Shown here: positions 47,871 through 56,564 of the stretch, one piece after another
How the letters are laid out: each line of letters starts with the position of its first letter
Position numbering within the stretch: position 1 is the first letter of the stretch
NCBI GenBank assembly: GCA_965223415.1
Contig: OZ245002.1
Span: forward strand, 2,624,001-2,688,000
Source: Myxococcota bacterium
Lineage (GTDB): Bacteria > Myxococcota_A > UBA9160 > UBA6930
Reading direction: 5' to 3'
Length of the DNA stretch: 64,000 bases
Translations under genes and position numbers: made by a program
The notes under the pieces: generated by a model
Database searches by the model: none
The model's input: only the letters and a program-made list of their open reading frames with translations
Told to the model about the DNA's origin: nothing

Positions 47871-48818
47871 TCAGCTGTAGAACTGGCGGGTCCACTTGCG
47901 GAATTGGGCGAGGTAGGTGTCGGCTTCGCAGAGGACGGGCTGGGCGCGGTGGACCTTGTTGGTCCAGATGTCCATGTCGTCGAAGACGCCCTTGGTGAGG
48001 TTCTTCATGAACTCCTCGCCGGCCACGTCGACCATGTTGTTGGTCGCAGTCAGCAGCCAGCGGGAGTGGGTGTTGCCGCGGTCGATGGGCGTGGTGGAGG
48101 AGTACATCAGGAGGCCCGCGTTCGGGATGCCGACGGAGCTGACCGCCGAGAGGCCGATCCCCCAGGAATCGCGGACCAGCGACATCTGGAAGGTGCCCAT
48201 CGGCGTCACCTGCTCCGAGTGGCTCGAGATGCGGTAGTAGCGGCCGTCCTCGGCGAACTCGATCTCCTGGGGCGGCGTCTCCAGCATGCCGTGCACGTAC
48301 TGGAAATGAACCGGGTCGTTGTTGTTCTCGTGCATGTCCTGCACGTGAACGGGGACCTCGATGTCGAAGGTGCGCGGCTCCGACCAGTCGGGATGTCCGA
48401 TCTCCGGCTGGCCGGGGAAATCCCACTCCGGCGGCTTGCCCTCGACGTGGTGCCACACGAAGACCATCCCGTTCTTCTCCTGGACCGGCCAGGGCGTGAC
48501 GCGTGCCTTCTTGGGGATGCGTTCGCAGTAGGGGATCGACGTGCAGTCGCCCGTGCTCCCGTCGAACTGCCAGCCGTGGAAAGGACATCGCACGGTGTCA
48601 CCCATCACCCGCCCGCCGAAACCGAGGTGCGCGCCCAGGTGGGGACAGAAGGCGTCGAGCACCTTCGCCTCGCCGGAGCGACCGCGGAACAGCACGAGAT
48701 CCTGTTCGAAATAGTGAAGCGGCAGGACGTCGCCGACATGGATGTCACGACTGAAGGCGACCGCGAACCAACCATTGGGGATGCCGGGTGCGACGTGTTC
48801 TTCCTCTCGATGAGCCAT
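47871..48818 (-). CDS. Rieske oxygenase, KshA/Neverland-like
   Basis: 'CPHLG...CPFHGW'; non-heme Fe motif 'ENNNDPVHFQYVH'; 'DDMDIWTNK'. Confidence 0.88.
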   Translation of the reverse strand: MAHREEEHVAPGIPNGWFAVAFSRDIHVGDVLPLHYFEQDLVLFRGRSGEAKVLDAFCPHLGAHLGFGGRVMGDTVRCPFHGWQFDGSTGDCTSIPYCERIPKKARVTPWPVQEKNGMVFVWHHVEGKPPEWDFPGQPEIGHPDWSEPRTFDIEVPVHVQDMHENNNDPVHFQYVHGMLETPPQEIEFAEDGRYYRISSHSEQVTPMGTFQMSLVRDSWGIGLSAVSSVGIPNAGLLMYSSTTPIDRGNTHSRWLLTATNNMVDVAGEEFMKNLTKGVFDDMDIWTNKVHRAQPVLCEADTYLAQFRKWTRQFYS

Positions 48819-48821
48819 GGA

Positions 48822-49433
48822 TCATTCCTCTCCTGTGGGACGCAGGACGCGCGCGAGGAGCTCCACCTGGGCATGGGCCCGTTCGCGGAGCGGGTAGTCC
48901 TCGAGGTGCGCCCAGTTGAACATCAGGGCGTAGTAGGAGCCGAGCACCAGCTCGGTCAGCGCCTGCAGGCCGTGCCGACCGCGCACGGCGCTGGCCACGC
49001 CGTCGGCCAGCAGTGTGCGGAAGGCGCCCTGCAGCCGACGTGCGTCGTCGGGCTGGGCCGCCTCGTGGGAGACGTGCAGGATCTCGGTCAGGAACTCCCG
49101 CTGCATCGGCCCGGCCTGCTCCGCGTGCTCGGCCGCCTGCTCGTAGAAGAAGTGCAGGCGGTCCACCGCGTCACCGGGTTGCTTGCGGGCCTCCTCGAGC
49201 TGGGCGAGGAGCACGCCGAGGGACTCCCGGGCGACCTCCCGGAGCACGTCCTGCTTCGACGGGAAGTGGTTGAAGAAGGTCTTGTGGGCGATGTCCGCCC
49301 GCTCGCAGATGTCCGCCACCTTGGTGGCATGGAAGCCCTGCTCGGCGAAGAGCGCCGCCGCCTCCTCCAGGATGCGCCCACGCAGGGCGAGCTTGCGGCG
49401 CTCGCGGCGGCTCAGATCGGCGGGCTCGGCCAT
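48822..49433 (-). CDS. TetR family regulator
   Basis: 'LSRRERRK', 'VADICERADIAHKTFFNHFPSK'. Confidence 0.92.
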   Translation of the reverse strand: MAEPADLSRRERRKLALRGRILEEAAALFAEQGFHATKVADICERADIAHKTFFNHFPSKQDVLREVARESLGVLLAQLEEARKQPGDAVDRLHFFYEQAAEHAEQAGPMQREFLTEILHVSHEAAQPDDARRLQGAFRTLLADGVASAVRGRHGLQALTELVLGSYYALMFNWAHLEDYPLRERAHAQVELLARVLRPTGEE

Positions 49434-49440
49434 GCGGGCC

Positions 49441-49470
49441 AGGATAGGCCCAACTTACACTGGATTGCAA
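49441..49470 (-). promoter_or_regulatory. Putative sigma-70 promoter for a leaderless tetR transcript
   Basis: TTGCAA-N18-TATCCT-N7-ATG on the minus strand; no Shine-Dalgarno. Confidence 0.55.
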
Positions 49471-49490
49471 ACGTATATTGAGCTGTAAGA

Positions 49491-50237
49491 TCAGATTTCG
49501 ACGCCGTAGCGACGCACCCTGTACCAGGCCGGCGGCAGGAAGGCCAGGTAGGCGGCCCCGCTGCTGACCAGGCCGAAGACAGCGCTGGAGAGGTGGGCGA
49601 CGGGGCTCTCGGAGGGCGAGATGCCCTGGAAGAGCGGGACGGCGAAGCCGACGAGCAGGAGCAGGGTGGAGCCGCCGAAGATGGCCCAGAGGCGCAGCCG
49701 GTCCACGCCTTCTGCATCCGCCAGGCCCAGGGCGAGCCGCCGGCGGCCCATGCTCCACTGGAGGGTGCCCTCGAGGGCGATCCAGCCGAAGCAGGCGAAG
49801 CAGACCAGCTGCAGGGCCACCCCCCAGCCGAAGCTCACGGCGAAGGAGGGCTGCTCCGGGGGAGCGGTGGCCAGGACCCAGGGCTGGCCGACCGAGCAGG
49901 CTGCCAGGGCGATCCAGGCCGAGATGACCACGTTGCGCGCCCAGCCCACCCCCGAGCGGAAGACGCGACAGGTGAACAGGAAGAAGGCGGCGATGCCGGC
50001 GTTCGTGAAGGCCGTCCCCACCACGAAGAGAGGCAGGTTCACCTCGCCCACCGGAACCATGCCGACCCGCGACGCGATCGTCGCCGGATAGCCGAGCAGC
50101 CCGATCCAGGTGAAGCCGACGGCGCAGAGCAGCTGCTCGCGGTTGCCGGTGCGCCAGGCCCGCACCATCAGGCGCAGCCCCACGAGCGAGCAGATCCCGA
50201 TGAAGAGCACCATGGAGACGGCCGAAAGCACCTGCAC
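49491..50237 (-). CDS. Hypothetical membrane protein with about 7 TM segments
   Basis: Seven hydrophobic segments, no soluble domain. Confidence 0.7.
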   Translation of the reverse strand: MQVLSAVSMVLFIGICSLVGLRLMVRAWRTGNREQLLCAVGFTWIGLLGYPATIASRVGMVPVGEVNLPLFVVGTAFTNAGIAAFFLFTCRVFRSGVGWARNVVISAWIALAACSVGQPWVLATAPPEQPSFAVSFGWGVALQLVCFACFGWIALEGTLQWSMGRRRLALGLADAEGVDRLRLWAIFGGSTLLLLVGFAVPLFQGISPSESPVAHLSSAVFGLVSSGAAYLAFLPPAWYRVRRYGVEI

Positions 50238-50270
50238 GAGGGGCTTCTTCGGATCGGCGCCGTGGGGCCT

Positions 50271-52007
50271 TTAGTCCCGCGCTCCCCGCAGCAGGCGGCC
50301 CGGCAGCGCCCCGGTGTGCTCGCCTTCCCGGAAGGTCACCTCCCCCGCGACGATCGTGGCGGCGTAGCCCTCGGCCCGCTGGACGAGCCGGCGTGCGCCG
50401 GCAGGCAGGTCGTTCACCAGCTCCGGCAGCCGCAGCCGCAGGCGATCCATGTCGATCACGTTGGCGTCGCCCTTCCGCCCCGGGCGCAGGAGGCCGCGAT
50501 CGCGAAGGCCGTAGAGCTCAGCGGTATCGCGGGTCATCTTGCGCACGACCCTCTCGACCGGGAGCTTCGGCCCGCGGCTCCGGTCCCGCGCCCAGTGGGC
50601 GAGGAGCGAGGTGGGCATGCTGGCGTCGCAGATCGCGCCGCAGTGGGCACCACCGTCGCCCAGGCCGAAGGCGGTACGCGGATGCTCGAGCATCGCGCGC
50701 TGGGCCTCGAGATCGTAGTCGCTGTAGCCGAGGAGCGTGAGCATGAGGAGCTGGCGGCCATCCAGCTCGAGCATCCAGTCGTAGAGCAGGCCCTCCGGCT
50801 CGCGTCCCTGCTGCGCCGCCTGGGCCTTCAGGCTCTCCTCCGGCGCGGGCTCGTAGTTGGGCGGATCGCCGAGCCGGAACACCTTGTCGAGGCCGTTCTC
50901 GATCATCGCCATCACGATCGCGAGCTGCGGGATCGGGTAGTGGGACTCCTCCGACAGGATGCGCCGCCGCAGCTCCGGGTCCTTCAGCCGCACGACGCGC
51001 TCGGCGAGGGGAAGCTCGGCGATCGCCTGGTAGCTGGGGCGGTAGCTGAAGGGATGGAAGGTCGGGTGGCCGATCAGCAGCGTCGTCGGGCGGGAGCCGA
51101 CCTGCGGGCGCAGCCTCGCGCCGTCCCGCTCCCCCGCCTCGTCGCACAGCTCGAGGATCCGCTTCCAGTGGGTCGGCGCCACGTCGTGCTGCACCAGGGC
51201 GAAGCTCACCGGGCGGCCGATCTCGGCGGAGAGGCGGCGCATCCAGTCCACCTCCTTCTCGGGCGCCGACATGTCCTCGCCCTGCACGCCGGCCGGCGCC
51301 AGCTCGACGATGCCCTGGCCGAGCTCGCCCAGCACCCGTGCGATGCCGAAGATCTCCTCCTCAGGGGCGTGGGTGCCCGGCACGACCTCGCCGTCGACGG
51401 CGCGGTGCACGATGGTGCGCGACATGGAGAAGCCGAGGGCCCCGGCCCGAATCGCCTCCCGCACGATGCCTGCCATCTGCTCGATGTCCTGCTTCGTCGC
51501 GGGCTCGTTCTTCGCGCCGCGCTCGCCCATCACGTAGGCCCGCACCGCGCCGTGGGGCACCTGCGTGCCGATGTCGAGGGCGCGGGGCGACCCTTCGAGC
51601 GCGTCCAGGAACTCCGGGAAGGTCTCCCACCCCCACTGGATGCCTTCGTGGAGCGCCGTGCCCGGGATGTCCTCGACGCCCTCCATCAGGCCGATCAGGA
51701 AGTCCTCCTGGCCCGGGTGCACCGGCGCGAAGCCGACCCCGCAGTTGCCCATCACCAGGGTCGTCACACCGTGCCAGCAAGTGGGCGTGAGCAGCGGATC
51801 CCAGGTCGCCTGGCCGTCGTAGTGGGTGTGGATGTCGACCCAGCCCGGCGTGACGAGCTTTCCGCGGGCGTCGATCTCCTCGCGCCCCCGCTCGGAGACG
51901 CGCCCCACCTGGGCGACGCGCCCGCTCTCGATGGCGACGTCACCCTCGAAGGGCGCGTCGCCGCTGCCGTCGACGACCGTGCCGCCGCGAATCACCAGAT
52001 CGTGCAT
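50271..52007 (-). CDS. N-acyl-D-amino-acid deacylase-like amidohydrolase
   Basis: 'PGWVDIHTHYD', 'MGNCGVGFAP', 'GDGGAHC'. Confidence 0.92.
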   Translation of the reverse strand: MHDLVIRGGTVVDGSGDAPFEGDVAIESGRVAQVGRVSERGREEIDARGKLVTPGWVDIHTHYDGQATWDPLLTPTCWHGVTTLVMGNCGVGFAPVHPGQEDFLIGLMEGVEDIPGTALHEGIQWGWETFPEFLDALEGSPRALDIGTQVPHGAVRAYVMGERGAKNEPATKQDIEQMAGIVREAIRAGALGFSMSRTIVHRAVDGEVVPGTHAPEEEIFGIARVLGELGQGIVELAPAGVQGEDMSAPEKEVDWMRRLSAEIGRPVSFALVQHDVAPTHWKRILELCDEAGERDGARLRPQVGSRPTTLLIGHPTFHPFSYRPSYQAIAELPLAERVVRLKDPELRRRILSEESHYPIPQLAIVMAMIENGLDKVFRLGDPPNYEPAPEESLKAQAAQQGREPEGLLYDWMLELDGRQLLMLTLLGYSDYDLEAQRAMLEHPRTAFGLGDGGAHCGAICDASMPTSLLAHWARDRSRGPKLPVERVVRKMTRDTAELYGLRDRGLLRPGRKGDANVIDMDRLRLRLPELVNDLPAGARRLVQRAEGYAATIVAGEVTFREGEHTGALPGRLLRGARD

Positions 52008-52020
52008 GGGGCCTCCCGGG

Positions 52021-52341
52021 TCAGGGCAGGCGGATCTCGAGGCCACCTTCCCCCTGGCGCAGGGCGTAGGTTACCGCGCCCCGTCGGATGGGGCGCTCGA
52101 CCGGAGAGCCGTCGCGCACGTCGAGCTTACCGCCGTGCTCCGGGCACTCGAGCACGCAGCCTCGCAGCCGCCCGCCGGACAGCGGCACGCGGACGTGAGG
52201 GCACAGGTCCTCGAGGGCGTAGGGCGTGCCCTCGGCGTTGGCGAGCAGCACGCGCGTGCCGGCGAGCTCGAAGCCGATCACCTCGCCGGGCGCCGGCAGC
52301 GCGACCGGCACCGGGCACCAGCCGCCCTCGGCGTCCTCCAA
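52021..52341 (-). CDS. Rieske [2Fe-2S] ferredoxin
   Basis: 'CPH...LSGG...ECPEHG'; TTG start. Confidence 0.85.
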   Translation of the reverse strand: MEDAEGGWCPVPVALPAPGEVIGFELAGTRVLLANAEGTPYALEDLCPHVRVPLSGGRLRGCVLECPEHGGKLDVRDGSPVERPIRRGAVTYALRQGEGGLEIRLP

Positions 52342-52345
52342 GGCG

Positions 52346-53617
52346 TCAGCCCTCGAGGTACTGCATCAGCGTGTGATGAAAGTGGCGGATGCGCACCTCC
52401 TGGGTGGAGAGGTGCAGCCCATGGAACGCGCTCGACTGCATGCCCGCCTGGATGCGCGGCAGGTTGTACATGTCCTCGTCGACCACCTCGCCCCCGGACA
52501 CGTGGGCCAGGGTGTCGCCGTCCTCGACGCGGTAGAAGGAGCGCTCGGGCCGCGGCACCTCCTGGGCGGGGGTGCGCATCAGGTTCACGAAGTCGAAGAC
52601 CATCCGGTTCGGGTCGGTCGGGTGCGGCCGGTGCCAGAACACCCACGCGAAGAGCGAGTGGATGTTGAGCGTGACGTTCGGGAAGAGCGTGTAGTGGTAG
52701 TCGTCGCACATCTGCGACTCGGTCATCTCGGAGAAGTCCGCGCCGAGCGCCGGGCCCATCTTGCGGATGGCGCCGGCGAAGGCGGCGCGCGCCTCGGCGG
52801 GCCCGCCGACGAAGCTCTCGACGTCCACCCCCACCCGCTTCAGGAAGTCGTTCTTGATGCCCGGGGTGACGCTGCCGTAGCCCGGGTGGCGCGGGCTCGC
52901 GATCACCTCCGGGAAGATCATGCGCGTGTGCCGCTCGTAGCAATCGTAGACGGTGTTCACGTCGTCGGTGAACTCGAGGGTCCAGGCGTGGGTGGCGTGG
53001 ACGTGGTAGGCCTCGTTGAAGGCGTCCACCGAGGTCTTCCAGTTGCAGGGCACCTCGATGGAGACGTCGGTCTCCACCTTCCACTCCTCGAAGTGGTAGG
53101 GCGCGAGGTGCTCGGGGATGACGCCCAGGTAGTCGAGGAGCGGGCCCGCCTGCGGGTCGAGACACACGAACACGAAGCCCGCCCAGGTGTCGCACTGCAC
53201 GGGCTGGAGGGCCAGCTCCTTCGGCGGGAGGCCCTGGGGGAAGCAGTGGGGATCGGTGGCGCGCAGCAGGGTGCCATCGAGGTCGTACTGCCAGCCATGG
53301 TAGATACAGGAGAAGCGGTCCGCGTGGCCGCGGCCCGGCTCGCGCAGGCGGTTGCCCCGGTGCATGCAGACGTTGTGGCGCGCGGCCAGGCGGCCGTCGG
53401 GGAGCCTCACGACCAGGATCGACTCCGGACCGATCTCGAAGGTGAAGTAGTCGCCGGGCTCGGCCAGGTCGGACTCGCGCCCGGCCAGGAGCCAGACCTT
53501 CGTCCACATCCGCTCCCACTCCCGGCGGGCGAACTCGGGCGAGGTGTAGCGCTCCTTCGGGATCAGGTCGGTGCCGAGATCGGGCTCGGGCTGCTTGTCG
53601 AGGGGCGTCGGCGACAT
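52346..53617 (-). CDS. Rieske ring-hydroxylating oxygenase alpha subunit
   Basis: 'CMHRG...CIYHGW', 'NWK...DAFNEAYHVHATH', 'ED...IQAG', 'EVRIRHFH'. Confidence 0.93.
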   Translation of the reverse strand: MSPTPLDKQPEPDLGTDLIPKERYTSPEFARREWERMWTKVWLLAGRESDLAEPGDYFTFEIGPESILVVRLPDGRLAARHNVCMHRGNRLREPGRGHADRFSCIYHGWQYDLDGTLLRATDPHCFPQGLPPKELALQPVQCDTWAGFVFVCLDPQAGPLLDYLGVIPEHLAPYHFEEWKVETDVSIEVPCNWKTSVDAFNEAYHVHATHAWTLEFTDDVNTVYDCYERHTRMIFPEVIASPRHPGYGSVTPGIKNDFLKRVGVDVESFVGGPAEARAAFAGAIRKMGPALGADFSEMTESQMCDDYHYTLFPNVTLNIHSLFAWVFWHRPHPTDPNRMVFDFVNLMRTPAQEVPRPERSFYRVEDGDTLAHVSGGEVVDEDMYNLPRIQAGMQSSAFHGLHLSTQEVRIRHFHHTLMQYLEG

Positions 53618-53625
53618 GGACCTAC

Positions 53626-54993
53626 TCAACCAGATGCGGCGAACCCCTGCCAGGCCAGCCTTCCGTTGCAGATCGTGGCGGCGACGAGCTCCCGGGAGAG
53701 CGCGTCCCGGGCCCGCGCCCACGGAAGCGTGAGCAGGCAGAGGTCCGCGGGCGCACCGGGGACGATCCGCCGAGGCGGCCCTCCGGGCGCCTCCAGGGGG
53801 CCGGAAAAGAGCGCCAGGGCCTCTTCGGGCAGGAGGGCCTCCTCGGCGCCAAGCGTGGCGCCGGCGCGGGTGCGACGGCCGGTGGCGGCGGCCATGGCGA
53901 GCCAGGGATCCGGCGTCCCGTAGGGCGCGTCGCTGCCGGCGGCGACGGGCACGCCGGCCCCGAGCCAGGCGCGCCCGCGCACCAGCCACGGGACGTCGCG
54001 CGGCTCGACGTCCCGCAGGTAGGCGTCGCCGCGCTCGAAGACGAAGCCCGGCTGCAGCACCACGGTGACGCCGAGCTCCCGGGCCAGCACCACCGCCTCC
54101 GGCGGGGCGACCGCCGCGTGCTCGATGCGATCGCCCGGGCGGGAGCCCGCCTCCGCGAGGGCACCCAGGGCGAGCACCAGCTCCGCGCGGGTCACCGCGT
54201 GGATCGCCACCCCGCGGTCCTCGTCCCGGGCCGCCCGGATCTCGTCGACCAGCGCGCCGAAGGCGGGGAGGCGCGGCTCGTCGAGGAGCAGCTTGCGCTC
54301 GCCACCGGGTAGGCCGGGGCCGCCCATCACCCGGACCCGCTGGGGCAGCGCGCCGCTCTCGCGAGCGGCGTCGAACCATCGGCGGGTGGCGGCGTCGTTG
54401 TCGGCGCCGGCGTCGGTGAAGCCGGTGATGCCGGCCCGCAGCAGGAGTGCCGCGGCTGCTGACACATCGGGCGGCGCCGAGGGGCCCATGCGTTCGCGGA
54501 GCCAGCGATCGGCCCGGAACAGCCGCCCGTCCCGGGCGCCCTCCGGCGCGCCGCCCAGGGCAGTCAACGCGGCGGAGTTGAGCATCCAGAGGGCGCCGGT
54601 GCGGTGCTGGATGCGAACGGGCACGTCGCCCCGAAGCGCGTCGAGGGCCGTGCAGTCCAGGTGTCCCGCCACCGCCTCGTGGTAGCCGACTCCGCGGATC
54701 CAGCCGTTCCGCGGCTCGGCGGCGGTGAGGACCGCGGCCAGGGCATCGCGGTCGCCGACCTCCGGCGGCCCGCAGGCCACCGAGGCCATGGCTGCGGCCA
54801 GGCCGAGCAGGTGCAGGTGATGATCGTGGAGGCCCGGCACGAGCGCCCCGCCCCGCGCCTCGATCACCGGCTCTCCGGCGCGCGGGGCAAGCGTGTCGGC
54901 GACGGCCTCGATGCAGCCCTCCGCCACCCGCACGTCGCGGGCCCGCCCGTCCACCTCGCAGCCGCGGAGCAGCAGGGCCCCTTCGTCAGCCGT
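53626..54993 (-). CDS. Amidohydrolase-3 (YtcJ-like) protein (start uncertain)
   Basis: 'PGLHDHHLH', 'AIHAV', 'RIEHA', 'GSDAP'. Confidence 0.85.
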   Translation of the reverse strand, partial: TADEGALLLRGCEVDGRARDVRVAEGCIEAVADTLAPRAGEPVIEARGGALVPGLHDHHLHLLGLAAAMASVACGPPEVGDRDALAAVLTAAEPRNGWIRGVGYHEAVAGHLDCTALDALRGDVPVRIQHRTGALWMLNSAALTALGGAPEGARDGRLFRADRWLRERMGPSAPPDVSAAAALLLRAGITGFTDAGADNDAATRRWFDAARESGALPQRVRVMGGPGLPGGERKLLLDEPRLPAFGALVDEIRAARDEDRGVAIHAVTRAELVLALGALAEAGSRPGDRIEHAAVAPPEAVVLARELGVTVVLQPGFVFERGDAYLRDVEPRDVPWLVRGRAWLGAGVPVAAGSDAPYGTPDPWLAMAAATGRRTRAGATLGAEEALLPEEALALFSGPLEAPGGPPRRIVPGAPADLCLLTLPWARARDALSRELVAATICNGRLAWQGFAASG

Positions 54994-56557
54994 CGTCGGT
55001 CCGCTCCGTCACCGGTGCCAGGCGCTCGCGGTCGCCGAGCACCTGCTCGACGCCGGGCAGGGGCCGGCACAGCACCAGCAGCTGGAAGCCGAAGAGCGTC
55101 TGCCAGACCCGCGCCAGGAGACCGCTCCCAGCCTCCAGCCAACGCCCGAGCCGCCCCCCGACCACGGCCTCCCAGGGCACGGGCACGCCGCGCACCCACT
55201 CGATCTCGTAGCCGCAATCCCGCAGCATGCGCAGCAGGGAGGCGCGGTTCAGGAGCCGCTTGTGGGCAATGTCGAGGATGCCCCGGTCGCCGTAGTTGAA
55301 GCGGCCGAAGAGCAGCGCCAGTCGGTTGCTCGCGAAAGCGACGTTGGGCGTGGCGACCAGCACGGCGGGCCCGACGGCTCCCGGCTGGAGCGCACGACTG
55401 CGGTTGCGCAGCGCCAGCAGGAAGCCCTCGGGATCCTCCAGCTCCTCGAGCACGTCGAGCAGCAGCACCGCGTCGTAGTCGAAGGGGTCGACGGGCAGGG
55501 GATCGCCCAGGTCGGCCTTGAGGAAGCGGTGCAGGTGCGCAGCCGCGGGCTCCTCCCGGTCGATCCCGGTCACGAGGGCTCCCTGGGCCTGGGCGATCTC
55601 CGCCACCACCGCCGAGCCGCAGCCCACGTCCAGGATCCGCCGCGGCGCGAGCTCCCGCAGGGCCTCCGCCGCCATGCGGTGGGCCGAGTAGAGGGCGCCG
55701 CCCTCCTGGCTCCGCCAGGGCGGATCGTCGAGGTTGCGGTAGCGCAGCGAACAGATCATCCCCATGCGGTGCATGCGGTAGCGGAAGGTCTCGAGGGTCA
55801 CGTTCCAGGCGTAGTCGAGCCCGTCGACGTGGCAGTCCTCGTCCCCGTAGTGGGTGGGGATGTCGAACTCCTCGATCGTCGCGCCGACGTGCATCGCCTG
55901 GAGCAGGATCTCCGTGTCGAAGTGGAAATCGTTCGTGTTGATCTCGAAGGGCACCTTGCGTAGGAACGACGAGGCGTAGCCCCGGTAGCCCGTGTGGTAC
56001 TCGGAGAGATGACGACCGGTGAAGAGGTTCTGGAAGGTGGTGAGGATGCGGTTGCCCGCCAGCTTGTAGAGCGGCATGCCGCCGGCGCGTGCACTGGCGA
56101 GATCGCCCATCCGCGAGCCCAGCACCACGTCGGCGCCGGTGCGCTCCCAGGTCTCGATGAACTTGGGGAGCAGCTCCGGCGCGTACTGCCCGTCGCCGTG
56201 CAACAGGATCGTGAAATCGTAGCCCGCGTCGACGGCCTGGCGGTAGCCGAGCTTCTGGTTGCCGCCGTAGCCCTGGTTGACCGGGTTGCGGGTGACGCTG
56301 ACGTTCCGGATCCCGCGCTCGTCGAGCCATGCCTGCAGCCGGTCGGGGCCGGCGTCGCCGGAGGCGTCGTCGATCACCAGGAAGTGGACCCGCGGATCGT
56401 CGAAGAGCCCGGAGGGTACGCGCTCGAACACGGAGACGAGGTGGCGCTCCGCCCGGTAGGCGACGACGAAGACCAGGATCCTGGCGTCGGGACGCGTTCC
56501 CGACGTGGGGTCGGTCGGCTCGCTGGCGCGGCGTTCGTTCACACTGGGATCCGCCAC
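54986..56557 (-). CDS. Bifunctional GT2 (DPM1-like) glycosyltransferase/SAM methyltransferase
   Basis: 'IDDASGD', 'GYGGNQKLGY', 'LHGDGQY', 'GSR', 'FDTEI'; C-terminal 'LDVGCG', 'LDVLE'. Confidence 0.92.
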   Translation of the reverse strand: MADPSVNERRASEPTDPTSGTRPDARILVFVVAYRAERHLVSVFERVPSGLFDDPRVHFLVIDDASGDAGPDRLQAWLDERGIRNVSVTRNPVNQGYGGNQKLGYRQAVDAGYDFTILLHGDGQYAPELLPKFIETWERTGADVVLGSRMGDLASARAGGMPLYKLAGNRILTTFQNLFTGRHLSEYHTGYRGYASSFLRKVPFEINTNDFHFDTEILLQAMHVGATIEEFDIPTHYGDEDCHVDGLDYAWNVTLETFRYRMHRMGMICSLRYRNLDDPPWRSQEGGALYSAHRMAAEALRELAPRRILDVGCGSAVVAEIAQAQGALVTGIDREEPAAAHLHRFLKADLGDPLPVDPFDYDAVLLLDVLEELEDPEGFLLALRNRSRALQPGAVGPAVLVATPNVAFASNRLALLFGRFNYGDRGILDIAHKRLLNRASLLRMLRDCGYEIEWVRGVPVPWEAVVGGRLGRWLEAGSGLLARVWQTLFGFQLLVLCRPLPGVEQVLGDRERLAPVTERTDDG

Positions 56558-56564
56558 CGCGAGG

